From Puccinia triticina (taxonomy: Eukaryota): 64,000 bases of DNA. Location of the stretch: contig CP110439.1 of the NCBI GenBank assembly GCA_026914245.1, positions 6,448,001 through 6,512,000 on the forward strand. The letters run 5' to 3'. The translations under genes and the position numbers were made by a program. The notes under the pieces were generated by a model, which ran no database searches, was not told where the DNA came from, and was given only the letters and a program-made list of their open reading frames with translations. Each line of letters starts with the position of its first letter. Within the stretch, counting starts at the first letter, position 1. Positions 13,202 through 25,379 of this stretch are shown piece by piece.

Positions 13202-14359
13202 TTAACGAGATAACTTGGGGTTCAAGCGTCTGGATGCCGGTGATTCGACCGATTTCAACAGTGTCATGTAGTCGTCATCTTCAGGCCCGGCCTCCCGTAT
13301 TGCTTTGACGATCTCCGTGTCTGTCAAAATATTCCCGGAAGAAAGAGGCTGGCCAGCTGAGACAGGCACCAGTGAGGACAAAATTGAATCACATTGCGGG
13401 GGTGCTAATGTACTATTAGGCTCTGAAGAAGAGCAACCAATGAACCCATTGGGAGTACACACCCCATCGTCAAGTTGCCTAGCTTCCCTCGTGGGATCCT
13501 TGTCCGTCAATGAGGGTTTTGTCGGGCATGACGAAGCTGCAATGGAGTCCAAACCAAGGACGTCAAGTTCAAACCAGTAGTCAGCGTTATTTAGGTCCAC
13601 CGATTCATCAACAAAACAGGCTTCAAACTCGGCGATGGCGGTAAATGTGTCCGGCCAAATGTTCTCAGGTCTGAGTAGTTGTCCAAATGACAGTTTCTCT
13701 TCCTTGTCCGGGGCCAGGTCTGGTCGTCGGGACAGCGCGTCAGGGCGCGCGGCTTCATGGACCGGTCGAAAGACAATGTCGAAGTCAAAACAGCCGAGTA
13801 ATTCAGCCCATCTGGCCTGCCGTTGGGTGAGTCTCTTTGTGGTCATGAAGTGCTCAAGGTTGCGGTGATCGGTGTAGACAATGGCGTGGAGCCTGTGCGG
13901 ATTGCCTTCCAGGTACTGTCGCCATTCCTTGAACGCTGCCACTATCGCCAGTAATTCTTTGTCAAAAATCTCATAATCGCGTTCCGCTTTGATGAGTGAC
14001 CGTGACAGGTAAGCAACCGGGTGGAGGAGGTTGTCTTTTGGGCAAACCTGGGACAGAACAGCGCCTAACGCAAAGTCCGAGCAGTCACACTCTAGGATGA
14101 ACGGCCGGCACGCATCGGCGATCTTCAAGATAGGTGCCGTCGTGAATGAAACTTTCAGGTGGTCAAAGGCAGCTTGGCATTCCGGAGACCAACTGAATTT
14201 TGATTTCTTCTTGGTCAGATCGTGGAGGGGTTGTGCATCTCTGGAAAAATGATCAATGAATTGCCGGTAGAAATTCGCGAATCCAATAAACCATTGTAGC
14301 TCGGTGATATTCCGGGGTGGGGACAAGTCGGTCACGGCCTTGACCTTAGTCGGATCCAT
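13202..14359 (-). pseudogene. pol: Pol RT connection / RNase H segment
   Basis: ECDCSDFALGAVL, YEIFDKELLAIV, VYTDHRNL, PDALSRR. Confidence 0.92.
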
Positions 14360-14365
14360 CCGGAG

Positions 14366-16063
14366 TCAATTGTACGAAATTGAAAGCCCCAGATACTCGA
14401 CTTCGCTCTTGGAAAACTCACATTTTTCGGGTTTCAGCCACAGGGTGTGTTTGCTCAACGTTTCAAGTACCGTCTTGACTGCTGCCTCGTGATTGGATCC
14501 CTTCTTTGTATAGATCATGATGTTGTCCAGGTAAGCCGCCACATCTTTCCCGATTCGGCCCAGTAGAATATCCTGCATGAAATACTGAAAATACCCAGGT
14601 GTGCCGGTCGGCCCAAACGGCATCGTCAAAGGAGCAAATTGCCCTGAACAACAGATAAACACCAGCTTGTCCTCGTCGCCCTCAGCAACACGGAGGTTAC
14701 CATACGCGTTTCGTAAATCAAGCTTGGTGAAAGTGTTGGCGTCTAAGAGGCTGTCGACCAGATCCATTGTGAGGGGCAGTGGGTACTTGTTCTTGACGGT
14801 CACAGCGTTGAGTTTCCGGTAGTCGAAGCATGGTCGAAGATTGCCATCCTTCTTCCCGGCGAATATGACTGGAGCCGCCCATGGGGAAGTGGTTCGGCAA
14901 ATAGTCCCGTTCGTAAGCCCTTTGTTGATCAGGGTGTCCAAGGCTTCATTCTCAGCGGGGGACAGGGGAATGATCCGGCTGGCCTGCGGCACTGCGCCTG
15001 GCGTCAGCTCAACCCTAAAGTCGTATCGGCGGTGGGGGGGTAGGCCTTGCGAGGTGGATTTCTGGAACATCCTGAGGTACTGGTGGTATGAGGCGGGGAC
15101 AAGCTCCTCAATGGATTTGGCGGGTGTCTGCGCGGCGGCCCGGGCGGCCAGACGGGCGGAAGTTGACCAAGACGTCCGGGCAGTCAAAAGTCCTATAGTA
15201 TTAGGGGAAGCGCACTGGCTAGCTGAAACTGGGCGGTTGGAAGGTTGGCAAGACTCACAATGCGGGGGTGCTAGCGTGTCTTCCAACTGTGTTGGATGGG
15301 TAGACACACACCCCCTCGTCAGAATCCTAGCTTCCCTCCTGGGCTGGTCCAATGGGGAGGGTTTTGGCGGAGACGACAAAGCTGCACAGACAGCTGCAAC
15401 AGGCAGCCGGGCGGTTGGGGGTTTTAAAGGGTGGGGAAGAGCACACTGGCTAGCTGAAACAGGGTGTTTCGAAAGTTGGCAAGACTCACAATGCGGGGGT
15501 GCTAGCGTGTCTTCCAACTGTGTTGGATGGGTAGACACACACCCCCTCGTCAGAATCCTAGCTTCCCTCCTGGGCTGATCCAATGGGGAGGGTTTTGGCG
15601 GATATGACGAAGCTGTAGAGACAGCCGCATCGGATGGGAGAATACGGCGGTTAGTCCAGTTGATCAAGTGGCCATTGCGGCGCAGCCACGGCATGCCGAG
15701 GATGCCGTTGTAAGAGTCTTTCAGGGTGGTGACAATCATGCGGGACGGGGTGGTTTCATTTTGGAGGGTGACAGAGAGTTCAAACGAGGCGGGGCGGGTC
15801 AATCCGTCAAATCCGGAGACGGTACGGTGGGTGGGTGTAGCGTGTTGCAGCAATCCGAGGCGGCGGGCGTAGGATTCACTCAGCACGTTGTGGGTGGCTC
15901 CCGAATCAATGAGAAAAGAGGGAATGAATGTGGCTTGTGGGACGTTAGAAATTGAGACGGCTAACGACAAGAATAATCTTGGGTCAATTGTATTGCATTT
16001 AAAATTCAACTCGCTAGCGCCGACATCTACTCTAACAACAGTGGGTTTACTCAGATTAGGCAC
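14366..16063 (-). pseudogene. pol: Pol protease plus reverse transcriptase (YLDD changed to YLDN, premature TGA)
   Basis: FLIDSGATHN, LRPCFDYRKLN, KLDLRNAY, MPFG, YLDNIMI. Confidence 0.92.
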
Positions 16064-16068
16064 ATTGA

Positions 16069-17106
16069 TCAGACCTGAGCTTCCCCATTTTTTGACAAGC
16101 TCGCGTTCTCATTGGTCGGGGTCGCTTGATTGGCACGGAGCGTGTTGTTTTTGGCTTGGAGTGTGGCGATGCGGGCAGTCAAAGACACTTGCTGGCGTCC
16201 CCTACCGTCCTTGCACCCGCTCGAACAACCGCGGGAGATGTGACCCTCTTGCCCACAGCGGAAAGAAAGGTTCAACTCGACTCGGCGGGCTTGTTTGGTG
16301 TGGGATAACGGGATGCGCTTGTTGGTCTTCTGTTGGAAAGCGGACAGGTCCATCGCGTTGGGGTCTGGGGCTGGGTTGCTGGAAGTGGAGGGGGAGGGTC
16401 TGGTGGAATATTGGTTTGCTATCCCCTCAATGGTCTGTCCGGCCCTCAACACCAACGCCTGCATATCTTGCAAGGTTGCAAAAACCACGCTGCTCATAAC
16501 TATCCCCAGCTGGACCTTCTCCTTCAGCCCTTGTTGATAAAGGCTCATGAGTGGACCGTTGGCCCATCCAATCGCGCGGGCTTGCATGTTGAAAGTCTGG
16601 GTGTAGGCTGACACGGTCCCTGTTTGGCGGAGGCTTCTTAAGGCGATCTCGGATTTCTGCTTGCGGTTGTGGTTGTAGAAGCTGGCCGAAAAATCGTTGA
16701 GGAAGTTCTGAAATACGATAGGTTCGCCTCGGACCAGTTTTTCCAAGTACTGTTGGGCCCAGGTTGCCGCATAATCCGTTAAGAAGGACACCGCAAAGGC
16801 GACTTTAGTGGAGTCGCTGGGGAATCGTTCGGGGAAGGTGATTGTGTGGAGGCCGATCTGGCTGATGAAAGCTTCGGCTAGGGCGCCACGTGTCCCGTCG
16901 AACGCCTTCGGTTTCGCAAGAACAAGGGCGCTGGGGGCTGGCGCTGGCGCAAGGGGTTGGGCAGGTTGGGCTTGGTTGTCGACGTTGGCGGCTTCCGCGA
17001 TCCGGGCTTCGGCCAGACGGAGTCGTTCCTCGACAGCCACACGTTGAGCCCGCTCCTCATCCATCCTGACCCTCATCGCTTCCAATTGGGCGTTGAGTGC
17101 GTCCAT
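16069..17106 (-). CDS. gag: Retrotransposon Gag with a degenerate zinc knuckle
   Basis: PKAFDG, LRQTGTVSAY, PNAMDLS, SFRCGQEGHISRGC. Confidence 0.9.
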   Translation of the reverse strand: MDALNAQLEAMRVRMDEERAQRVAVEERLRLAEARIAEAANVDNQAQPAQPLAPAPAPSALVLAKPKAFDGTRGALAEAFISQIGLHTITFPERFPSDSTKVAFAVSFLTDYAATWAQQYLEKLVRGEPIVFQNFLNDFSASFYNHNRKQKSEIALRSLRQTGTVSAYTQTFNMQARAIGWANGPLMSLYQQGLKEKVQLGIVMSSVVFATLQDMQALVLRAGQTIEGIANQYSTRPSPSTSSNPAPDPNAMDLSAFQQKTNKRIPLSHTKQARRVELNLSFRCGQEGHISRGCSSGCKDGRGRQQVSLTARIATLQAKNNTLRANQATPTNENASLSKNGEAQV

Positions 17107-18330
17107 GTCGTCGGGAGGGCGTCGGCTTTGTCCAAAGAGAAGAGAGGTCGAAACCGTTCGAGGTCAGCGGGTGAATGCTTTGCCAAGCTCACAGAGGGGG
17201 ACGTAAAAACGTAATTTTGTGAAGGACGTTACTGCCGTATGACACGGGCTGCCCTTGCCACAGTGTACCCTAAAACCTTGGAACGCGTTTTGGTCTTGGG
17301 TGTTTGCTGGGGGGGTCTGAGGTTTGCTCCGCGGGCCGTCCGAGTTGTTGGCTAGCGGGGAGTGGCGGTATTGGTCGGCAGAGGACAAAAGCTGTCAGGT
17401 CGGTGGAGGGTGATGAAGCAATAGGGTAGAGTCTAAAGTAGAGGATCGGTAAAGTTTGAGGGTGATGGATAGGGTTCAAAGGGGAGGGGGTTTTCTGGAG
17501 GGCTGTTCTACGGCGTTCCAAGGCTGTTCCGGCGACGGCGGCTGTCCTTGAACGGTGGCGGAGCTGAGGGGATTTGGAACGGGAAAAAAAAAATTTATAG
17601 AGTTAGCAATATGTTATAACCATAACTTGATGAGTAGATTACTAACTGGGGAATGTACAATGTGGGGAGGAGAGCTTGAAGATAACCTCCTCAGGAATGG
17701 AAACCCCTGGCGAGTACAAGGGGGTTTACAAGGTTGTAACTTCTGGGAGGCTCCCAGAGTCCCAAAGCCTATATTTCCCTGCAAAATTTGGCTCAGATCT
17801 GGGACTGGAAGGCGTTCCCAGATTTATGGGAAGTCCTTGAGTGGATGTACATATCTATTTATGCAATAGGGAGTTTCATAGTTGGCCTGGTGCAACCTGC
17901 ATGCACTTTTTTAAGTTGGCATTCAAGTCATATCTTGAACACCAAGTTGCAAAAGCTCATGCAATTTGCACATTGCAACTCACACTTTACATCAACCCAC
18001 AGGCCTTCTGAAATCTACATCAACCCACAGGCCTTCTGGAATCAAAAATGCATTTTTTCAAGCTAATGCTCAAGAAAACCCCTGAACATCAACTTGCAAA
18101 ATTTTGTGCAAGTTTCAACTGGCCAACTTTGAATCCTCCTATCTATCAAATTGACCTTGGGATCTCAAATGATTGACAAGATTTTTTTTCCAAGCTCCTC
18201 TTCTTTTTTTTCTTGAGGCGTGTATCCTCTTTCTGAGCCTGAAAGAGGTGTAGAAATCCTCACCACATTTTTTTTTCTTCATGTCAAGTCATGCGGTAAA
18301 GCCAACAGCATGGCTGTGGGCAGGCCACAA

Positions 18331-18470
18331 ATGGAGGACTTCCTGTGCAATCTGGGACCCCCGCAGATCTTGTTTTAGACCCAAAAAGTCTAGATTTTTG
18401 CAGGGAAATTTATCTCTTTGGGCTTGAGATCACATCTGGGAGGCCCACAGATCTTGCAGGGAAGTCACCC
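18331..18470. mobile_element. Short MITE-like repeat (ggaggacttcc...ggaagtca). Copies at ~24125-24270 and, split by the chromovirus, ~11553-17840
   Basis: Shared sequence and short terminal inverted motif. Confidence 0.6.
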
Positions 18471-18949
18471 AATATTGTGGCTGCCCTGCCAATTTTTGAC
18501 GTTGGCCGGCAGCCAGCTGATCTGGCGAGATAGCGCGAGGTCAAGCCAACAGGCGGCCACCCAACGGATTCAACCCGGTGAGTGCATAGAGTTTTCGGCG
18601 GTATCGGCTTGAGCGGGTCGGATGGTCTGGCCAACGTACTTTCGACCCATCCCCGACCACACTTTGCACATTGCTTGCCTGCGTATGCATGCGTGTTCTG
18701 TTATGCAATATGCCAAACCCACACCAAACCGAACAGCGCTAATTTTTCCACTGAAAGCCGTTTGACACTCGAGTCTTCGGCCCGGCTTCGTTCAAATACA
18801 ACCACTCGAGATTCAACAAGCACTACTCTCACCGGAACCAACGACTCTAGAAGAATCCACACTCACTCGCACGTCGCCAGTCCGAGGTTCACAACGAAAA
18901 CAAGACGTAAAAGAAAGACAAAAACCCGAACAGAAGAGCCACAATTTTC

Positions 18950-19920
18950 ATGTCTGGACGGGGTGGTTTCAGAGGATCGGACCGTGGTGGTCGTGGAGGC
19001 GGTGCCCCACGTGGAAGAGGCGGAGGTGGGTTCCGTGGCGGTCGAGGTGGCTTTGGCGGTGGATTCGATAGTGGACCTCCTGCAGAAGTCTTCGGTCAGT
19101 GCAATTAAAAATCTGGGTCTTGAGCAAACACTGGCAATCTGATTATGTTTTTTATCGTTCAAAATACGTGGGGTTTACATTCGATTTATTGATTGCATTC
19201 TTTGTTAGAGATGGGATCGTTCGTCCATGCTGTCGAAGGGGAAATGTTATGCACGTCAACAAATGGATCAAAAGTTAGCCAAATCCTAAACGCATCCGAC
19301 AGACTCGAGTTTTGATGAAAGATTTAATCTGATCTTTCCGAACTCTGCTGATCAGGTCCCATACTTCAATGCGCCGATATACCTAGCCAACAAAACGACG
19401 ATAGGCAAAGTTGACGAAATTCTGGGCCCAATCAACGAGGTATATTTCACCATCAAGATGAGCGATGGCATGGTAGCGACTTCCTTCAACTCCGGCGACA
19501 AGGTCTACATCGCCGGTGATAAACTTTTACCCATCGAAAGATTCTTACCTAAACCACCCGGTGAAAAAAGTGAGTCCTTCTCTGTCCTCCTTACCCCCTC
19601 ATCTCGATTTATCCATGCCTTAGCTCATAATTACATACTCATATCTCCCTGCTACAATCCAAGTTCCCAAAAGAGGTGGTGGTGGTCGTGGAGGTCGTGG
19701 AGCAGGAAGAGGAGGACCAAGGGGAGGGGGACGAGGCGCGCCACGAGGAGGTGGTCGAGGGTTCTCGAGGGGCGGCGGGGCAGGTGGTGGGCGAGGGTCC
19801 TTTCGTGGTGCCAGTTCGCGAGGCGGTGGCGGTGGTGGGGGATTCCGAGGTGGTGGTGGTGGTGGCTTCCGAGGTGGAGGTGGTCGCGGTGGTGGGGGTG
19901 GTAGAGGTCGGGGGTATTGA
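18950..19920 (+). CDS. GAR1: H/ACA snoRNP subunit Gar1; exons 18950-19094, 19209-19273, 19356-19569, 19664-19920
   Basis: RGG-rich N- and C-termini around the core [20 protein letters not shown]...[34 protein letters not shown]...[16 protein letters not shown] introns keep the frame. Confidence 0.97.
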
Positions 19921-20623
19921 TACACTTTTGCAATTTCATGAAAAACTAAACACGAGAACTCGTCGCGACGTAAACCGACGGCCCACTGCGCCACCTGGTG
20001 TCAAAGAAATCATTACTCACTCGCCATGATCTTTTTGGATCCAGCATAGGAGTCAATCTCTTAGCGAGTTCGACTGGGTGTGTAAGCTCAAAAATCAAGA
20101 CCTCAGTACGATTGGGACCAGTTAGACCATAAGATGTCCACCTAGTGAATGGTGACTGTTGAAGGAGGTGAATTGGCGCTTCGACAGGGATCACCCGGTG
20201 AAATGCTTAGTATTGACTTGGATTGTAGACGTTGATGACTGGTACTGTGCCCTGACACATAGACCATTTTTGGTAGGATATAGTCGCTGGAGCCCCTCCA
20301 GTGTCTTCCAGTGTAATAATTTTATGTGTTTTTGATGACAAGGGCACGAAGCAAACAATAAAGCAGGCAGAATAGGCCTATTGATCACAATGGTTTCACT
20401 AGGTAGACTAAAGAAATAAGGCAAAATGATAATGAAAACTCAAACAGATACAAATCTACTCAGGAGATCGTATCATCAAAGCAACTGTGTAAAAGAGTGT
20501 GGTTCGGTGGCTAGTTTGAAATGTCTTGAGAAACAACATGAAGGATTCAATGAGGTCTTGAGCTGGGGAACAAGTACAGTGAGTCGACAACAAGGCAAGC
20601 TTCTTGGAAAATTTCCACGACGG

Positions 20624-21820
20624 TCATAGCGTGACAGCTCCGACGGCCATGATCCCAATGGTGACAACGAGCTGCGCCGAGTTTTTCAAGTAAACCGAGG
20701 AAGCTGATGAGGTAGTGTTGTCATCCTCTAACCTATTGTTGTTCAGAAAAGAATTTTGGGTTAACAAAAAGAGAATCCCATGTTCACAATTTTGAATTAA
20801 ACATCAAGGAGACTCACGGAGCTTCATCTTGGCTTGCAGGAATAGCAGAGTATACAATTGTAGTACTGTTGGGCGTGCCAGGTTGAGAATAAGTAGGAGA
20901 ACTGGTGACTACAGCGGGCTGGATAATTTGAGCAGCAATTGGGGTAACAGCTCCAACTTGAGCAACAGGCAGAGCCGATGTTTTAGAAGGCGACGCGTTG
21001 GCTGTATGGTTTTGGGAAACGATCGGGGCGGAAGGACTGGCGGCAACCGCCGGGACAACGGCGGCTGCACTGCTGCCCAGAGCACCGAGTACTGGGCCCG
21101 ACTGGAGCACTGATTGCTGTGAGTCCACGCATCCCGAGCAAGCTGCGTCGGACGAAACGGCAACAAAATATACATACTTCACCATCAGGGGGCTGCCAGG
21201 TTCTGGGAAAAAGCGGTCACTCAACTGGCTTGGCCAGTTGGGACACCGGAGCACGAGAAAGAACCCTGTGCATTGACACAAACTAGAAATGATGAAAGGC
21301 ATCAGATCCGAAAAACTGAGCGATAGATGAAGTAACTCCAGGCTTCTGAGTGAAACTTACTGCTATTGGTCGCCGAGGTTTGGCTGAAGCCAATAGTGCA
21401 GGTTTGACGCGTCGAAGACGCGGATGACTGCTGTGCCAAGGAGCAGCCATCAACAACTGCACTCGAAGGTGTAAACGAAGAGAAATTAATCAGCCTTTCA
21501 TCTGCAACGTGCTTAGCTCTGAAAGCTGAGCTCAAGCTTACCAACTCCACCGGTACATTTTCGTGAGCAAACAACAGTTGGTCGATCACCGCAAGCTGTG
21601 AAGGTTTCAGGAGGATAAACATGTGAGCCTCGGAGAAAGCAGCGCGGAGTTTCTTTTTGGCAGAGGATAATCCATATGTCTTACTGGCAGACTCGGTGTT
21701 TGCTTGGGCATAGTGAGTGCAGGTCAGGGTTTCTTCCCCGATTATTCCCGCGGAAAGGGTGGGAATAACGGTGACGAAAGCGAACGTCGCTAGAATGAGG
21801 TTAGCTGTAAGACGTGCCAT
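20624..21820 (-). CDS. Secreted Cys-rich protein with Ser/Ala/Pro-rich stalk and probable GPI-anchor signal (about 6 exons)
   Basis: Signal peptide MARLTANLILATFAFVTVIPTLSA. Spliced Cys domain (LTCTHY..TCGDRPTVVCSRKCTGG..DGC..TC..ICVNAQGSFSCSG..CSGC). Predicted last exon ends ...NSAQLVVTIGIMAVGAVTL*. Confidence 0.8.
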
Positions 21821-24800
21821 GATGGTGACCCTGTTGTAAGTGAATGAGTGAGGCTCGTTGGTTATAAGTTATATAGACGTTTTGTTTGGTTTGCCAAAAA
21901 GTGTGTTGGTTGGTGATGCTCGGTGCAAACTGGACTTCCATTTATAGCTCTAGTACCACGGGCCGAGTAGCCCCGGAGCTATGTCAGCGCCCACTAACGA
22001 ATTCTTGGCTAAATTTATCAAAGTGATTGATGCTTTGACCTTCATATCTGGCTTGAGACTGAGGAGACCGGGCTGATGCGAATCTACCAGGAAAACTTCC
22101 TTAGGTCCCACAGGCACGGATAGCAGTTCTACAGCTAGGCGCTGGTCGCCATTCTATGGACTGCGCAAAGGTCTTGGGTGCGTACTCGACTGGAAAACTC
22201 GTATCAAGTGGTAACGCGCCAAGCATCTGATGAGAAACTGGGTCCTGTTTTCACTGCTTAAGGGTTTTCTATTTGGTTCACACTGTTCCTTTCAGGCATG
22301 GTCAATCCTCCCTTGAGTCAAGCTCGCGCTACCAATTGTTTTGTCGATCTCCTAGACCTTGTGTTTTGGATAGTTACAAGAGGGAAGGGCCTAACGGGCT
22401 AGCAGTTGGTCTCCAGCCATCACAAATAACAGCAATCATTTGAGGCATTTGCTGATGTGCTTTCGAGTCATGCGTCATACATTATTTCAAGCTCGCACAC
22501 AGCTAGAGTACTTATGAGCTGGAGTGTAAACCAGTAGCTGGGTTACAAAATGTGGGATCAAGAGATGAACAATTTTTTTCCCTAACATAACACGACTCCT
22601 CCTGGTGCGAGGCTCCCCCAGACCCTCCGTTCGAGTGGCTTTGTGCAAGATACATAGCTTCTTTCTTGCGTTCAACATATTTAGAGCATGTTGCTCTCTG
22701 GTTTTTTTCACGGGACATCCCCGTCCTAGCCCGCGCTATGTGCTGACACTGTGAATGATCCAACATTCCTAACCATGCGGCCGAAGAAAGTGTCACAGCT
22801 GGCTGCCGTGGGCCGTTGTTCCGCTTTCTTATCTCATATGGCCTTGGGTGCGGCGATTAGGGCCAGTACGCCCAGTGATCAAAACGTCATCAAGGACCAG
22901 CAAGCTGGAGAGCTAGATCAGAACTGCAGATCGAAGTTGCCGCAGGTTTGGCCATCTACCCTGAGTCTTTCCGTAATCATCTGGAAGCCATGTTGTAAAT
23001 AAACAACGATTTTGGGAATAGGTTGTCTGAGCATGCAGCAGCATGCGAATTTAAATTTGGTAGTCCGTAAATGTGAGCCGGTCGAACTCAATCCTGATTG
23101 ACTACAGGGAAATAAACTCCGTTTGTCTTGCAGTGTTCAGCTCATAACACGTGGTTACAAAACGAAGCTCGTGAGTGATGACATGGGTCACGGTAAACGC
23201 AGAATGCCTTCTTACTTCCGAATCAATCTTGGGGTCTGATCTGCAGATCAGGTGACACTCAGCACTGCTCAGAGGTACGAGAAATAGACGAGAACAGATA
23301 TAAAACCAGGAGCTCAGGACAGTATTCTCCCCCCCACCAAAGCAGATCAAGCTCTTCCACACAGAGCATCGATAACCACCTGTCGGCACATTATAGGTCA
23401 AGTCACTTTGCACCAAAACTCTCCGAGATGTACAGATCAATTAGAGTAGCTCTTGCTTTGCTTCTCTTGCAAGCTCTGGTCGGCCCTACAACCGTTGTGA
23501 ATAGTCTCAGAGTAATCAAACCAAAGTCGTCTTGCAGGCAATCTCAATGCATCGGAAAATTTACGTGGGATCCACGATGTTGCTTGTGATAAAGAGCCAG
23601 ATATGCATAATTCGTGTAAGTTTTTTATCCAGTGGTTACCTAAAAAGTAGTCGGATTAAAGAACTCACCGGTGGTCTATCCTTTTTTGTTCTCTACAGCG
23701 GATCGTTAACACCTGAAAGCCGGCTTGCTTTGACTAGGTCAACAAAACATTGTTCGCACATCTTCCGAACATACCCCTTCCCGTGGTCCGGTCCCGTTAT
23801 CTCTCATAAATATTGAGTAGTAATAGTTTTGTTATCCACAGACGTCATTGGTCACCTTAGCTCCCCGGTGTGTGCTACTACATAGCAAGAGATTTCATCA
23901 ATAAGCGCACATGAATTCCATTTGAATGAGAGTCAGACTAGTGAGCTGCCAATGAGCTGTAGTACGGACTCCAGCTTATACATAGTCTTGATGACTGAAT
24001 GACCAGTTCCCGAGCTTGACAAGGCCACTTGGAAGGGGGTCACAAAGGTGAAGAGAAGAGATATCAGGAAATGGCAAGATGAGATGAGAAACTCCCCCAA
24101 GGGGAAATATATTTTGTAGGCATCACTGGAGGACTTCCCGTGCAATCTGGGACCCCTGCAGATGTTGGTTTAGACCCAAAAAGTCTAGATTTCCGCAGGC
24201 AAATCTAGCTTTTTGGGCTCTAGATCACTTTTGGGAGGCCCACAGATCTCAACAGGAAGTCATCCACTAGTTATATACTAAATGTATGTACATAGTTGGT
24301 TTGGTGAGAAACCAAAACCCATAAAAAGTGTATGAAACATGTGAAATAAATGACACATGAAATCATGTGTCATAACAGAACAGACTCTCCGTAGCACTGC
24401 CAAGCAGCACGGTGTAGTTATGTTACTTTACGTTCTCCATGTGATTTGTGTAACATAACTATCCTTGTTACAAGCTGCAGCCCATTATGTTACTAGTAAC
24501 AGGGTCTTTTTTTGGCCTTGCACGTAACATAAAAGCCTCATTTTTTGAGGCCTTTACCCGCGTTATCCGCTGGATAACGCAATGACAAGCAAAAAAGGCC
24601 ATTTTTAGCCTAATTTTTGTGCTCCAATTAATGAAACTTATGGAAAAAAATTGTTATTCAATTAATTGGATAACATAACTATTTTTGCGTTACACATAAC
24701 AGTGATGTAACTGAGATAAATCCCATTATGTTACCGTTACATTAGTGTTATCCGTAAAATAGCTAACCTCAATGGTGGGCCGCTATGCTAAACTACACTA

Positions 24801-24900
24801 TTTTAGCCCTAAATTTTAGCGTAGTGGCAAAAAGCACCAGCCTTTTTTGAATAGTTTTACCGCCCTGTTGGGGCAGGTCACAACTACTACATAAAGAACG

Positions 24901-25379
24901 GTGGGAATATTGAAATCCTCATTGTTGCGCAAGTACGTCTCCGGCCTCAAGGCCTGGCACATCTACCACTTTGCAAAGTTCTCAACTTGGAACAAAGCCC
25001 GGATTGAACTAATTCTTAAGTCTTTGGTACGGGTTGACACCACATTGACCAAAAGGGCAACAAAACCCCCTGTCATATTGTGGCAGCTTATTGCCATAGC
25101 AATAATCTGTTTTGGGAGTAGCAATTTTGACCATGCCGTGGCAGATCTGGCCTTAGTAGCATTCTGGGGCTTGGCCCGTCTGGGCGAGCTGACATACTCA
25201 AAACAACACGGCGAGCTCTCCTGGACATCTCTACTGACAACCGACATCACCTTTTTGGTAGATGACACTGCGGGAGAAGTAACAACCCTCACTTCGCGTT
25301 TGGCAAAAACGGCCAAGCCAGAGACGCTGCAACTCATTGTCCTCACTAAACAGGCAGTCATATTATGCGCCGTAGACAT
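24901..25379 (+). pseudogene. Tyrosine recombinase (DIRS/Ngaro-like), N-terminal part; continues at 62622
   Basis: KYVSGLKAWH, ALVAFWGLARLGELT (catalytic R), AKT (catalytic K). Cut by the LTR at CAVD. Confidence 0.85.

Larger units (their letters stand above)
11600..17741 (-). mobile_element. Ty3/Gypsy chromovirus (Tf1/sushi-like) LTR retrotransposon, full length but mutated
   Basis: 130-bp LTRs at 11600-11729 and 17612-17741 (2 differences), TCTGG TSD, minus-strand PPT at ~11730-11745, domain order gag-PR-RT-RH-IN-chromo. Confidence 0.96.

Noticed and set aside
19620..19994. Pro-rich and His-rich minus-strand ORFs
   Set aside because: Antisense shadows of the GAR1 RGG exon
20010..20145. 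Exon-like minus-strand segment with acceptor and donor downstream of GAR1
   Set aside because: No coherent gene model; could be UTR or chance
22000..24100. Short ORFs upstream of the secreted-protein gene
   Set aside because: No motifs or consistent exon chain that I can support
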